A stretch of 64,000 nt of DNA from an uncultured Acidobacteriota bacterium (GTDB taxonomy: Bacteria; Acidobacteriota; Thermoanaerobaculia; UBA5066; DATFVB01), in the NCBI GenBank assembly GCA_963813155.1, contig CAWEYG010000006.1:1-64000 (forward strand), read 5' to 3'. Shown here piece by piece: positions 19,836 to 30,938 of this stretch. Each line of letters begins with the position of its first letter. Position 1 is the stretch's first letter. Under the pieces are notes generated by a model that saw nothing but the letters and a program-made list of their open reading frames with translations, ran no database searches and was not told the DNA's origin. The translations under genes and the position numbers were made by a program.

Positions 19836-21169
19836 AAACGGTATTCGTTCCAACGTCGCCGGCCCCGTTCGGCGGCTCCCTTCGATGGCTGGATACCCTC
19901 TGCCAATTTCTTCCGAAGCGCGGCTGGAGGGTAATTCTCGGTGTCCCAAACGAATCGCGGTGGGATCGATCTGCGTTTGTCGCGATGCGACAGCAAGTGG
20001 ACGTGATCGAGCTGAATGCGAGCACTCGTACCTCCGAGGGACGACGTCGGAGCATTCGAAATGCAATTCGGCAGGTCAAGCCTGACGTTGTGGTTCCGCA
20101 TTTGCTGGTCGATGCCATTCCCGCTGCAGCTGCGATGAAGCGCGAAATGGATTCTCTTCGCCTCGTCGTGAGATGCCAAGAGGTCTATCCGCCGATGCTG
20201 GCTGATACGATCGCGTGGTCGCCAATGATCGACGCCGTTGTCGTCGTAAGCAGGCTTCTCGAGAAAATCGTCGCGACGATGACCGATCTCCCGGGCGATC
20301 GCATTCTTCAAGCTCCCGGCGGCGTGAAGCCCGCACTCGCGCGATCTCCGAACGGAACGCGCCGCGAGGAGGGCACGATTCGAATCGGTTATGCGGGGCG
20401 GCTCGATGACGACAAGCGCGTCATGGACCTCGTTCCGTTTTGTGAGGCTCTCGACTCCGGAGGGGTTTCGTATCGCTTGGATATCGTCGGAGGAGGAAGT
20501 CGTGAGCCAGAGCTTCGGAACGCCCTTGCCGGGCAGATCGCCGACGGAAAGGTCCGCATGGCAGGTTTCCGGAATCAGGAGGAACTTTACTCCGAGTTCT
20601 ATCCGAATTGGGAGATGTTTATTCTATTTTCGCCAGCAGAGGGCGTGCCAGTTGCCGTCCTGGAGGCCCTGACCCATGGAGTCGTTCCGGTCGTGTCAGA
20701 TTTTCGCGGCCGACAATCGGAAGCCTTGCTTCGCCATGGCGAAACCGGTTTGGTCTTCCCGGTCGGCGGAGCTGGCACAGCCGCGAGTCTCGTCGCCGAG
20801 CTGTCTCAGAAGAAAGAATGGTTGCGCTCCTTGGGTGAAAAGGGGCGGCAGGAAGTCGATGGACGGTACACTGAGGAACTTGTCGTGAGCTCCTGGGCGG
20901 AGCTGCTTGATTTCATTACGACGAGGCCGTCCCGTAGTGGTGAAACGCCGGCCGCCCCGCCCGCCAGCGGTCGTCTTGACAGGTGGCTCGGTGTCGCAAG
21001 AGGCGACACTGTCCGGACGATGCTCCAACCCCGCGAGACTCGCCAGCCCTGGCCAATGGCTACAAATGCGGATATTCGGCTGACCGCTCGAGTCGAGGAA
21101 GTGATCGGTAATATCGAGCAGCCAGAAGCGGCTGTTGATTCATCGTGCCCAGTGATTGTTGTTCCATAA
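19832..21169 (+). CDS. Glycosyltransferase family 4
   Basis: GYAGRL..KRV, EGVPVAVLEALTHGVVPVVS. Confidence 0.85.
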   Translation: MKTVFVPTSPAPFGGSLRWLDTLCQFLPKRGWRVILGVPNESRWDRSAFVAMRQQVDVIELNASTRTSEGRRRSIRNAIRQVKPDVVVPHLLVDAIPAAAAMKREMDSLRLVVRCQEVYPPMLADTIAWSPMIDAVVVVSRLLEKIVATMTDLPGDRILQAPGGVKPALARSPNGTRREEGTIRIGYAGRLDDDKRVMDLVPFCEALDSGGVSYRLDIVGGGSREPELRNALAGQIADGKVRMAGFRNQEELYSEFYPNWEMFILFSPAEGVPVAVLEALTHGVVPVVSDFRGRQSEALLRHGETGLVFPVGGAGTAASLVAELSQKKEWLRSLGEKGRQEVDGRYTEELVVSSWAELLDFITTRPSRSGETPAAPPASGRLDRWLGVARGDTVRTMLQPRETRQPWPMATNADIRLTARVEEVIGNIEQPEAAVDSSCPVIVVP

Positions 21170-21170
21170 C

Positions 21171-22532
21171 GTGAAACTATCCACCTCCTCTTCGTCGAGG
21201 CTGTTAATCCTCACGCCGACTGCGATCGTCCATGGTGGTGTGGAGCGGATCATCGAGGCGTTGAACGAGGGGCTTCCGAAGAGGGGCTTCGACGTCACTG
21301 TCGGTCTTGCGAAAGGAGCCATGTTTCACGATCCGGAGAGATATCGGCGAGCATATCCGACGCTTAGGGCGATCGAATTAGACGCAAACACCGGAACCGC
21401 AGAAGGCCGGCGCCGCGCCGTGCGAATAGCACTCGACCGTGTCCGGCCGGCCGTCGTATTAGTCGCCCGCATGGCGAGTGCGTTCGAAGTCCTGGCGGAG
21501 CGTAAGGTCGCGGGAAGCGACGTGAGAGCGGTGATGGCGATCCGGACGTACGAGTCGGACTACTTTGTGGATCTTGCCCGGGTTGGCTCCTTCGTGGATT
21601 TCTGCGTTGCAGACGGCGAACTGATATCGGATGCTGCAGCTCAACTGTGCGATTTTCCTCAGGAACGCATTCGGAGTGTTCCGGGTGGCGTCCTGCCGGC
21701 GGCGGCATTTGTCGAACGGCACTCGGTGGCGCCTCTCCGGCTAGGCTACGTCGGGCGCCTCGAAAGGGAACAAAAGAGAGTTCTGGACTTGCCCGAAATT
21801 CTCAAAAAGCTGCGAAAGCGAGGCGTAGCGTTTACCTGCGTCATTGCTGGCGATGGTCCGGCTGAATCTGAACTTCGCGAAAAAGTGCGAACAATGGGAC
21901 TTTCGGACTGTGTCCGGTTTGTCGGAGCCTGCGATCACGACATGCTTTATAGCGAAATCTTCCCGAATATCGAGATCTTTCTTCACTGCGCTGCGTGGGA
22001 GGGTGTCACGATCGCGCCTCGGGAGGCGATGGCCCACGGTGCGGTGCCCGTGGTCTCCCGGTTCACAGGACTCGTGCACGAAAACATATTTGTTGACGGA
22101 GTCAATTGCCGCACCTTTCCTGTTGCGGATATAGAGAAGGCAGCGGAGATTGTCGCTGAGCTGACTCGCGATTGTGAACAGTGGAACAAGCTCTCGCACG
22201 CCGCTCGCCGGTCGCAGGAAGGTATCCACTCGTACGAAGGCGCGCTGGATTCCTGGGCCGCGTGTTTTCGACAGGCTCTGGCGCTTCCGCAGCGCCGAGG
22301 GGCTGCAGTGCCCGCGGTTGACCGCCGGCCGGCCGGCCGATTGGATCGGTTTTTTGGAGAGAAGAACGCCGAGACGGTTCGCCGTGTCCTCGGCTGGAAA
22401 TACCGGCACGCTGAGCAGGGAGGCGAGTGGCCGCACTGGACCGGTACGGACGATCCCGATCTCCGGCGGAGGGTTGAAGAGTTTGCGCGACGGGCCGAGG
22501 ATCAGCCGACCCGCGCGGAAGCCACGTCGTGA
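21171..22532 (+). CDS. Glycosyltransferase family 4, paralog of the preceding gene
   Basis: GGVER, GYVGRLEREQKRV, EGVTIAPREAMAHGAVPVVS. Confidence 0.85.
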   Translation: MKLSTSSSSRLLILTPTAIVHGGVERIIEALNEGLPKRGFDVTVGLAKGAMFHDPERYRRAYPTLRAIELDANTGTAEGRRRAVRIALDRVRPAVVLVARMASAFEVLAERKVAGSDVRAVMAIRTYESDYFVDLARVGSFVDFCVADGELISDAAAQLCDFPQERIRSVPGGVLPAAAFVERHSVAPLRLGYVGRLEREQKRVLDLPEILKKLRKRGVAFTCVIAGDGPAESELREKVRTMGLSDCVRFVGACDHDMLYSEIFPNIEIFLHCAAWEGVTIAPREAMAHGAVPVVSRFTGLVHENIFVDGVNCRTFPVADIEKAAEIVAELTRDCEQWNKLSHAARRSQEGIHSYEGALDSWAACFRQALALPQRRGAAVPAVDRRPAGRLDRFFGEKNAETVRRVLGWKYRHAEQGGEWPHWTGTDDPDLRRRVEEFARRAEDQPTRAEATS

Positions 22533-23498
22533 CTCCGAGAGTGTCGGTTCTGCTTCCGGCATACGGCGCCGAGCATTTGGTGGATACGGCCGTCGAAAGC
22601 GTGCGGGCCCAAACGTTCCAGGATTGGGAAATCATCGCGGTGGACGACGCCTCGCTGACGGGACGTTCGAATAGCCTGCAGGCGTGGGCTGCGCGAGACG
22701 CGCGGATCCGGGTCTGGCGCAATCCCTCGAACCGGGGCGTCACCGGCAACTGGAACGAATGCCTGCGACGCGCTCGGGGGGACCTCGTCGTCAAGATCGA
22801 CGCCGACGACGCGTGGCGCCCGCGGACGCTCGAAGAGCTGACGACGGAGATGGGCGATCCCTCGGTGATTGGTAGTGGCGTTCGAGCACATTGATCTGCG
22901 ATCCGGATCTTCAGCCGTTCGGGGTGTTTCGGGGCGACTTCGGGATGATGGAGGCCAATCTCGATCCCTATCGGGATGCCGTCCGGCCGAACCCCGACTG
23001 GCTCCGGATTGCTGCGGCCGGGCACCAGCTGTGGAACGGCGATGCATTCCTCGTGAGACGAGCGGTTGCGGAAAAAATCGGCGGGCTCGACGAGCGTTTC
23101 GGATGCGCTTCGGATACGGCTTTCCTTGCGAGGGTTTTGGAAGAGCAGGGGAAGTTCGCTCACCGGGGCTACGCGGGGTTCTCTACCGCAAGATCGAAGG
23201 ATCGATCAGCCAGGAGTCGCGCAAGCAAGGCTGGCTGAAATGGGAGGGGACCGTCCTGCAGCTCCGGACGCTTTCCCGACTCTCCGGAAAAGGACGGATG
23301 TCCAGAGCCCTCCGCATGCAGTACGTGAATCACTGGCATCGTTGGCGGCAGTTGTCGTCGAACGGCGCTGCCGCTTCCGATCTGCCGGAAGGAATGCAAG
23401 AAAACCTTCGCGCCGCCATGACGGAGGTCTCTTCGCCGCCGGTTTCCTATCGTGCAGCAAAATGGCTTCGCGATCGGCTGGGCAGGTTGCCGTTATGA
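22529..23498 (+). CDS. Glycosyltransferase family 2, frameshifted
   Basis: PRVSVLLPAY, QTFQDWEIIAVDDAS, NRGV, KIDADD, IGGLDERF. Confidence 0.78.
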
Positions 23499-24400
23499 GC
23501 TCGCGTTCTTCTTTGGGGGTTCCCGTCCACCACGTCTTTCGCTACGACGATTTTTCCGAGACGAGCGGTTCGAGGGCGGAAAACTGGTTCTTCGAGCGGC
23601 TGACGGATCTCGGTATTCCTTGCACGATCGCCGTCGTGCCGGCCGAGGCGGATATCCGCTCCGGGACCGCTGATGCCGCTCGCCGTCTCGCCTCTGTCGC
23701 GCTCTCGCGTTGCCGGCATTCGAGCCTCAGGTCGAGCGCGGACTTTTCGAGATCGCGCTTCACGGCTATGCGCATCTGGCGACGTCCCACGTGCGGGGTT
23801 CGTCGGAGTTCGGGACCGGCATGGAGCGGGAACGGCAGCGCGAGCTCATCCGGTGGGGCCGGAAGTTCCTGGAGGACCTCTTCGGTGTCGCCATCACGAC
23901 GTTCGTTCCGCCCTGGAACGCGTATTCACCGGACACGCTGGCCGTGTTGGAGGAGGAGGGATTCCGAGCGATCTCCGCGGCGCTCTACGGGCCTGCGCGG
24001 GGCGGCGCCCTTCGCTACGTTCCCGGAACCGTCGGACCGGAAGGCACGTGCGCGCGCTCCGAATCGCCCGAAGTCGGCCCGGAAGTCTCGTGACGACGAT
24101 CGTTCATGACTACGACCTGCTGGACGCGGGGCACGAGCGGGGGATCACGCGCCCCGGTTGGGAGCGGGTGTTCTCCGGCGTTCTCTCCGAGCCGAACGTC
24201 CGTATGTCGACGATTGCCGGGCTCGCGGAGAGCTTCGGAGCCGAATACGGGCCCGCGCGTTACACAGCGAACATGCGCCGGATCGCGAGCCTGCGGCGCA
24301 GGCCTTCCCGAATCTTCGATCGCGGACGCTCGTCCGTCTATGTGCCGGCGCCCGATTCGCCGGCCGCCGGCGACTCCCGTTCCGCTCGCCGAGTCTCTCG
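23495..24400 (+). CDS. DUF2334-like polysaccharide deacetylase, frameshifted, 3' end approximate
   Basis: FRYDD, AVVP, EIALHGYAH, TFVPPWN across frames. Confidence 0.7.
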
Positions 24401-25435
24401 ACCTTTCACAAAGGCAGCCGGCCGTGCCCGGCCTCGTCTCGGTGATTCTCCCCGTCTACAACCGGCCCGAGATGCTCCGGGAGGCCGTCGCGTCGGTGCT
24501 GGCCCAGACCCATCGTTCCTTCGAAATCGTGATCGTGGACGACGGCTCGACGGACTCGACTCCTGCCGTGGCGGCCGAGCTCGAGCGCGAGCACTTGGAG
24601 ATCGTGAGAGTCATCCGGCAGCCGCGGAACAGCGGGCCGGGACCCTGCCGAAACCGGGGCCTGGAGCAGGCGCGCGGGGAGTTCATCCAGTTTCTCGACT
24701 CGGACGACCTCCTGCGACCCGAGAAATTTCAGAGACAGGTCGAGGCTTTGCGCCGCCATCCGGAAGCCGGCGTCGCCTACGGTCTTTCGATTGCGACGCG
24801 GGCCCGACGGTGCGGAGCGGGTCGCGCACCGTACCAACAAGGAGTTCCGTTCGATCTTGCCGCATTTTCTGTGGAACAGGGGATGGCCAACGCTCGCCCC
24901 GCTGTGGCGCCGAAGCGTGTGCGACCGGGTCGGGGGTTTCGCGCCTCTCCGCGCCATGGAGGACTGGCATTACGACTGCCGGGCGGGAATGCTGGACGTT
25001 CGAGTCGCAAGCTCGCCGGGTGTTTGCTGCGATGTTCGAGACCATACCGGCGACCGGGCGAGCTTTGGGCCGGGGGCCCCAAAGACGGCGATTCAGTGGC
25101 AGGATCACCTGTCGGCCTGCGAAAGCGTCGCAGCGGATCTCTGGGCGAAGGGCCGTGCGCAGGACCTTCAGGATCCCCGATTTTTCAAGGAGGTCTTTCG
25201 GGCCGCCCGCCAGTGCGGCGCCGAAGGATTCTCCAGGGAAGCCCGGCGAGCCCTGAAACTCGCCGCATCGCTCGCGCAGACGGGGCCGCGCCGATTCCAG
25301 GTCCGCATCGCAGGAATTCTCGCGAGCCTCGTCGGGTGGCGGATGCTCTGGAATTTCGTCAATCTCGCGAACCGTACCCGGATGGTCTTCTTCCGCAGAT
25401 TCAGTCTCGATCCGCTGGAAGGGACTGTCCGCTGA
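24340..25435 (+). CDS. Glycosyltransferase family 2, frameshifted
   Basis: VSVILPVYNR, EIVIVDDGSTD, NSGPG..RNRG, QFLDSDD, EDW. Confidence 0.82.
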
Positions 25436-26404
25436 ATTCAGTTTCGGATCTCGTTTCCACGATCATTCCGGTCTTCAATCGTTCCGGAATGCTGCGCGAA
25501 GCGGTCGACAGCGTGCTCGCCCAGACTCATCGCCCGATCGAGATCATCCTCGTGGACGACGGGTCGACCGACGAGACGGCCGCAGTTTGCGACGAGCTCG
25601 CGGCGGCGCATCCGAGATCCAGGTGCGTTCATCAGGCCAACGCCGGTCCAGGCGCGGCTCGGGAGGCCGGGCGGCTTCTTGCGGACGGCGCATTCCTCCA
25701 GTATCTCGACAGCGACGATCTGCTCCTGCCTCGAAAAACCGAAGTCGAGTTGAAAGCGCTGAGCGACCACCCCGAGGCCGACATCGCCTTTTGCGCGATT
25801 CGGCATCGTTTTCTCGATCGTCCCGGCGAGATGAAGACTTCCGGCTGGGACGGCGAGACGGTTGCGAGGGTGTTTCCCGCTCTTCTCAAAGGCCGAATCT
25901 GGCTCACCCCGACATTCCTCGTGCGCAAGGAGGCGAGTGATCGGGGCGGTCCGTGGTCGAAGCTCAGGCAGTACGAGGACTGGGAATATGACGTCCGTTT
26001 GGCCGCGCGCGGAGCTCTTGCCGTTTGGTGCCCCGACGTTCTCGCCGAAGTGCGTCACCACGCGCTTCCCCGTGCCGGCGCCTGGGAGCGCGTGACGCCG
26101 GAACAGCTGCGAGATCGCGCCCGAGCGCATGCCTTGATCTACCGCGATGCGCGGGAGGCCGGGGTCGGCGTCGACGTCGAAGAAATGCGCCATCTCGCGC
26201 GGGCTCTTTTTTCCTACGCGCGGTGGTGCGGTGCGGCCGGTTTCAGCGAAGATTCGCGCGCGTTGTTCGATCTGGCGCGCGAAGCGTCGGGCCGTTCCCG
26301 CTCGCGAGGCCTCGACTTTCGGTTCTATCGGTCCCTCGCGGCCCTTGTCGGCTGGCGCTCGGCCGGACGGCTTTCCCGTCCTCGCGGATCGGTTGCGGCC
26401 GTGA
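25432..26404 (+). CDS. Glycosyltransferase family 2, paralog of the preceding gene
   Basis: VSTIIPVFNR, IILVDDGSTD, NAGPGAAR, QYLDSDD, YEDWEY. The probable CTG start overlaps the upstream stop. Confidence 0.82.
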
Positions 26405-27568
26405 GCCTCCACGTGGCGGAAATCTACTGGGATCCCTTCACGCCCGGCGGAGTTCAGGCCCAGGTGGCAGGCCGGATCGAAAATCTCGGAAAGGGCCGGC
26501 GGTCCCGTGCGCTTCACGCTTTTCTCGGCTCGGCCCGCTCCCGCGGGCGCGTGGCCGGGAACCCGGATCGTGCAGTTCGGCGGATGGGAACGGTTCTCGA
26601 TCGCGCTCTGGGAAGCGACGGCCGGCCGTCGGGTCGCGGCCGAGTTGGATCGGATCCACCGGTCCGATCCTTTCGACCTGGTCGAGCTCCATGCCATCGG
26701 CGCGGGACCGTTTGTGACTCGCTGGGCGAAAAAGCGGGGCGTTCCTGTCCTCGCGGTGTGCCATTCGCTGCGGTTCTTTTCGACTCCGGAGCACGGACAC
26801 CGGTGGGAAGTCGCCCGCTACTACCGGTGGGCAAATCGCCGCACGTTCCGGGAGGCGGACCGAGTTCTCGCGGTCAGCGGCGCGATCCGCAAGGAGCTCG
26901 TCGAATTCGGTGTCCCGGAATCGAAGATCTGCGTGCTCCACACGGCCGCTCCCGCCGCAGCTCCGGGGAGTGCCCCCGATCGCGACTCCAGTCGCTGCGA
27001 ATTCGTCTTCATCGGCCGCACCTCCCGCGACAAAGGTCTCGACGTGCTCGTCGATGCCGTCGCCCGGCTGGCCGGAGAACCCGGGGTGCGGTCGTTCCGG
27101 CTGAACGTCATCGGTCAGCTCGCCGAGGATTCGCCGATTCGGCGTCGCGCGCGCGGAGTCGCTTCCAATTCGATTCCTGGGATCACTGCCGAATCGCGAC
27201 GCCCGGGCCTGGATGGCTGCGGCGGACGCTGTGGTCGTTCCCTCCCGCTACGATCCTTGCCCCGTCGTTTGCGCCGAGGCCTGATCGAGGGGGCGCTGAT
27301 CGTGGCTTCGCAGACGGGCGGAATAGTGGAGATCATCGAACATGATCGAACCGGGCTTTTGGTGCCTCCCGAGGACGCTGTGGCGCTGGCCGGCGCTTTG
27401 AAGGAAGTTGCGACGGGGCCGGAAAAATACGCCGCGACGCGTCAGCGCGCGAGGGAAGCGGGGAAGGAACAATTGTGGACAGCGCGCGGGCCGCAACTGC
27501 TCGACCTTTATCTTGAATTGACGTCAACAAGGCCGCGTATGGCATCGTCCCCGGACCGACCCGCATGA
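26401..27568 (+). CDS. Glycosyltransferase family 4, frameshifted
   Basis: PGGVQ, AVSGAIR, FIGR..KGLDVL, TGGIVEII..TGLLVPPED. Confidence 0.8.
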
Positions 27569-27623
27569 CGGAAGAGATCTCCGAATTAACAGGTCGCGGG
27601 CTCTGCCGACGGAGCAAGGCCAA

Positions 27624-29237
27624 TTGACGAAGGTTAAATTTAGAGTCGACGGTCTCTCTCGCGAGAAGAGTGTTTGGCTGGTGGGTCTGATGCTGGCCTT
27701 GCTCCTACCGGTGATCGTGAGACTGCCCTGGTTCGGCGGACCGTTCTCCCGAGACGAAGCGTCCGCCATGACGGTGGCCGCGGAGCTCACGCACGGAAAC
27801 CTTCCGCATGAGACCGCCTGGCAGCAAAGACAACCGTTTACTTACCTGTTCTACGGTGCAGCTGCTATTCTCCCCGCCGGTCCGGACACGGAGCTCGATA
27901 TACTTTCAACCTTCCTTGCCTCTGGCGCAACCCTCGGGATCTTTCTCGCGGTGTGGCCTTTGTTCCCGCCGTTTATTGCGATTGCGGGTACGGTGACATA
28001 CGCCCTGCTTTCCGCCGACTGTTCAATGCAAGGCCAGACGGCGAATACGGAGCTGATCATCAACGCGCTTCTCGTCTGTTCCATGCTCTTCACCCTTGCA
28101 TTTCTCCGTGGAGGTCGACCTTGGGCCCTCTTCGCGGCGGGGGGACTCGTCGGAATTGCAAGCGGAGTAAAGGAAATCGGGGCGTTATTCCTTACCGTCC
28201 TCCTTGCCGGGGTGATCATGAGCCAAGGCCCGAGGCTGCGCTCCATAGCGGCCGTGATGACGAGCTTCCTTTTGCCATGGCTCCTTCTCCTCATCGTCTA
28301 CTACGCGAGAGGTCATTTAAGCATCTTTGTCGACACTTTTCTGTTCAATTCTCGCCATGGAACATTGCTGACGCGTGAATGGCTCGCCCCGCCCGTACTC
28401 TTGATGAAGACGGCGTCAGCCTTTTGGGGTTCTTGGCCTCTATGGGTTGTGGCATTGGCGGTGGCGTTCTCTCGTCCATGGATCAACCGTCTTCACGTTC
28501 TGGGCGTCGTGTACTTCGTGGCCGCCTTGGTGATGATCATGTTGCCGGGCCGATACTTTGCGCACTACTACTATCTAGCGTTACCACCGCTGATCATCCT
28601 CGCATGTTGTTTCGTGGAGGAGCGTCGGCAGCGCGGTATGCCGAGGGGTCGATCTTTGAGGCTTGGCATCCTGGCAGTCATCTGTTTTCTTGCTGCTATT
28701 CAAGCCAGCTTTGCGGCAAGACACATTCCGCTGAGTATTCGCGAGAACTGGCCAACGGCGGCACCGGAGCGGCAACACGCGTCGATTCGCGACCTCGCAT
28801 TTCGGCTTCGCGCAGGCCTCCCAGGAACTTCGACGTTGCTTCTTTATGGCATCGACAACGAACTGTATTTCTACACGCAGTGGAGACCGGCCGAGCCGAT
28901 TCTCTGGCTCAGCTACTACGATCAAACATACTTTCGCCGAGCAACGCCTGTGATGAACAGATTCATCGATCGAGTCGAGAGTGCGTTGACGAAGAAGGTT
29001 CCCGACGTTGTAATTCTTGAGGAGCGGCTCGATGCGTCGCCGTCGGGCGCGCCCATCGAACGGTTCGTCGCGCGTTTACTCAATGAACATTTCGTGCCGC
29101 TCAGGCCAGAGAATATTGGGCTGAGTTCGGCGTCGCCGAGTGAGGTCTGGGGCTTCGGAGTGGAGGGAGTCTACGTCCGGGGGGCCGCGAATGCCACAAA
29201 CAGGCGTCAGAATCCGTCCGCAGAGGCCCCAAGGTGA
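27624..29237 (+). CDS. Polytopic GT-C (ArnT/PMT-like) membrane glycosyltransferase
   Basis: N-terminal RDE motif after TM1, ANTE, K, many TM segments, YFAHYY, and a soluble C-terminus. Confidence 0.65.
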   Translation: MTKVKFRVDGLSREKSVWLVGLMLALLLPVIVRLPWFGGPFSRDEASAMTVAAELTHGNLPHETAWQQRQPFTYLFYGAAAILPAGPDTELDILSTFLASGATLGIFLAVWPLFPPFIAIAGTVTYALLSADCSMQGQTANTELIINALLVCSMLFTLAFLRGGRPWALFAAGGLVGIASGVKEIGALFLTVLLAGVIMSQGPRLRSIAAVMTSFLLPWLLLLIVYYARGHLSIFVDTFLFNSRHGTLLTREWLAPPVLLMKTASAFWGSWPLWVVALAVAFSRPWINRLHVLGVVYFVAALVMIMLPGRYFAHYYYLALPPLIILACCFVEERRQRGMPRGRSLRLGILAVICFLAAIQASFAARHIPLSIRENWPTAAPERQHASIRDLAFRLRAGLPGTSTLLLYGIDNELYFYTQWRPAEPILWLSYYDQTYFRRATPVMNRFIDRVESALTKKVPDVVILEERLDASPSGAPIERFVARLLNEHFVPLRPENIGLSSASPSEVWGFGVEGVYVRGAANATNRRQNPSAEAPR

Positions 29238-30760
29238 ACTCCTCAATGCCAATTCGCCGCGATGTCTCGATCGTGCTTATCGCGCTCTCTCCCGTACTCG
29301 TAGGATGGTTTGTCAAAGTATTCGTCTTTCCGCGCCCGTTCTGGGCGCACTTCTTCGATCCAGAGATGATTTTCTGGTATGGGGGTGCCGCTCTCCTCGG
29401 CGGCAGGCTTCCGGCGAATGTGGACCAACCCGGTTTTGCCGTTCACTATCTGAGTGCCTTGTTTGTGAAGGCCTCGGGTTCCAGCCCGCTTCCCGAGATG
29501 GTCGATCGATTCCGTGTGATGGGGTACTGCGCGACGATCCTTCTCATCTTTCTCGGAGCTGTTCTTCTTACGCGGACCTGTCTCCGCGATATGCCGCTCC
29601 CGCTCAAGGGCGCCGCACTGGCCGGTTATTTTCTAGCTCCCACAGCCCTCCAGTGGACGACGGTTTGGACATCCGAGGCCTTCTATTTCCCTCTGGGGTG
29701 CCTCGTGCTTGCGGCAGCCTGGAACGACTTTCAGCGGCAACGCCTGCGCAGCGCCTTTTTCTTCGGTGCGTCGCTGGGGCTCGCCGTCTCGCTGAAATTT
29801 CTGTTTCTCTCCTGGATCCCTGGTTTGTTACTCGCATTATCGGTCGTCAGCCCGAAGGGCATTGTGGCCCGAACGCGGCGCGTCGTAGCCGGAGTTGGGG
29901 GAATACTCGTCGCCTTTTTCGTGATGACCGGCTTCGCCGCGAGCCGGTATCCGTACATGACGCGCTGGATCATCGGCCTCGCGAGCCACAGCGGCGATTA
30001 CGGGAAAGGGACGACGGAGATTCTGGGGCCTGCGGAGGCTCTGAAGGGGCTCGTGCGCTGGATCTCATCGGCCAGGGGGTGGTGGCTCTGGATCGCGGCG
30101 TTTTCCGTCGTGGTCGTCGTCGGATTCTGGAAATCGTCGAAGGAACTGCGGCGTGATCCAATCGCGCTCGGGTTCACCGGCTTCGCGATCCCGGCGTTTC
30201 TCTTCGGCGCGTGGGGCGGATGCCGGCACACGGATCAACTTCGCTATCTGCTGCCGCCCGCTCTCCTCAGCATCGTGTTGCCTCTCATCGCCTGGCAATA
30301 TGTCCGCTTTCGAAGCGGCGCCCGGTTTCTCGAGGGCGCAGGGGGCGCGATCCTGGTCGTGACGCTCGCGATTCTCGCGAAGGCCGCAGTGCTCGACGTT
30401 CGGGTCCACCGGTCCTGGACGGCGGACGCCGCCGGGAAGAACGCCAGCCTCACCGCGATCCTCCAGAGAGAGTGGAAGAGCGCGACACCCCCGGTATTGC
30501 TGATTGGTTGGCGATTTCCGGCGCCGTCATTTGCGCTCAGAATTTTTGCGGAAACGGCTGAGCAATTTGATTCGATCGAGTCCAGGTTTCCACGCGAGGG
30601 GCACTACAACCCGTTTCGGCGGCAGATTCTCCTTCCGGCTGGCTCACAAAGTTGGGATGTCGCAATCCTACGTGAGGATGAAGTCAAGGGATTCCCGACG
30701 AAGCTGCCGCCGCCGGTCGGGTATATCGGGGAGTTCTCGGTATTCGAGGCATCTCAATGA
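29234..30760 (+). CDS. Polytopic GT-C-like membrane protein
   Basis: DPE..DQPG N-terminal loop, AVSLK, RYLLP, multiple TM segments. Confidence 0.6.
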   Translation: MNSSMPIRRDVSIVLIALSPVLVGWFVKVFVFPRPFWAHFFDPEMIFWYGGAALLGGRLPANVDQPGFAVHYLSALFVKASGSSPLPEMVDRFRVMGYCATILLIFLGAVLLTRTCLRDMPLPLKGAALAGYFLAPTALQWTTVWTSEAFYFPLGCLVLAAAWNDFQRQRLRSAFFFGASLGLAVSLKFLFLSWIPGLLLALSVVSPKGIVARTRRVVAGVGGILVAFFVMTGFAASRYPYMTRWIIGLASHSGDYGKGTTEILGPAEALKGLVRWISSARGWWLWIAAFSVVVVVGFWKSSKELRRDPIALGFTGFAIPAFLFGAWGGCRHTDQLRYLLPPALLSIVLPLIAWQYVRFRSGARFLEGAGGAILVVTLAILAKAAVLDVRVHRSWTADAAGKNASLTAILQREWKSATPPVLLIGWRFPAPSFALRIFAETAEQFDSIESRFPREGHYNPFRRQILLPAGSQSWDVAILREDEVKGFPTKLPPPVGYIGEFSVFEASQ

Positions 30761-30780
30761 AGGCGGAGTTCACGATCGAT

Positions 30781-30905
30781 GTCATCGCGAGGCGCGCGTG
30801 GCGACGCGCGACGCGGCGATCTGCCCGGGGCGCTCCCGGGGTAGACTGCTTCGCGGAGCCTGCCGCGAGTGCCGGGGTAGATTGCTTCGCTTCGCTCGCA
30901 ATGAC
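30781..30905. repeat. Palindromic element, family B
   Basis: gtcatcgcga...gcgcgacgcggcgatctgccc...gattgcttcgcttcgctcgcaatgac, homologous to 447-538. Confidence 0.85.
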
Positions 30906-30938
30906 AGGGAGCGTGGCGGCCAGGAACGACAAGGGGCG

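Noticed and set aside
24106-27345. 1079-aa multi-GT fusion ORF
   Set aside because: It is formed by chance frame continuity across three frameshifted glycosyltransferase genes.
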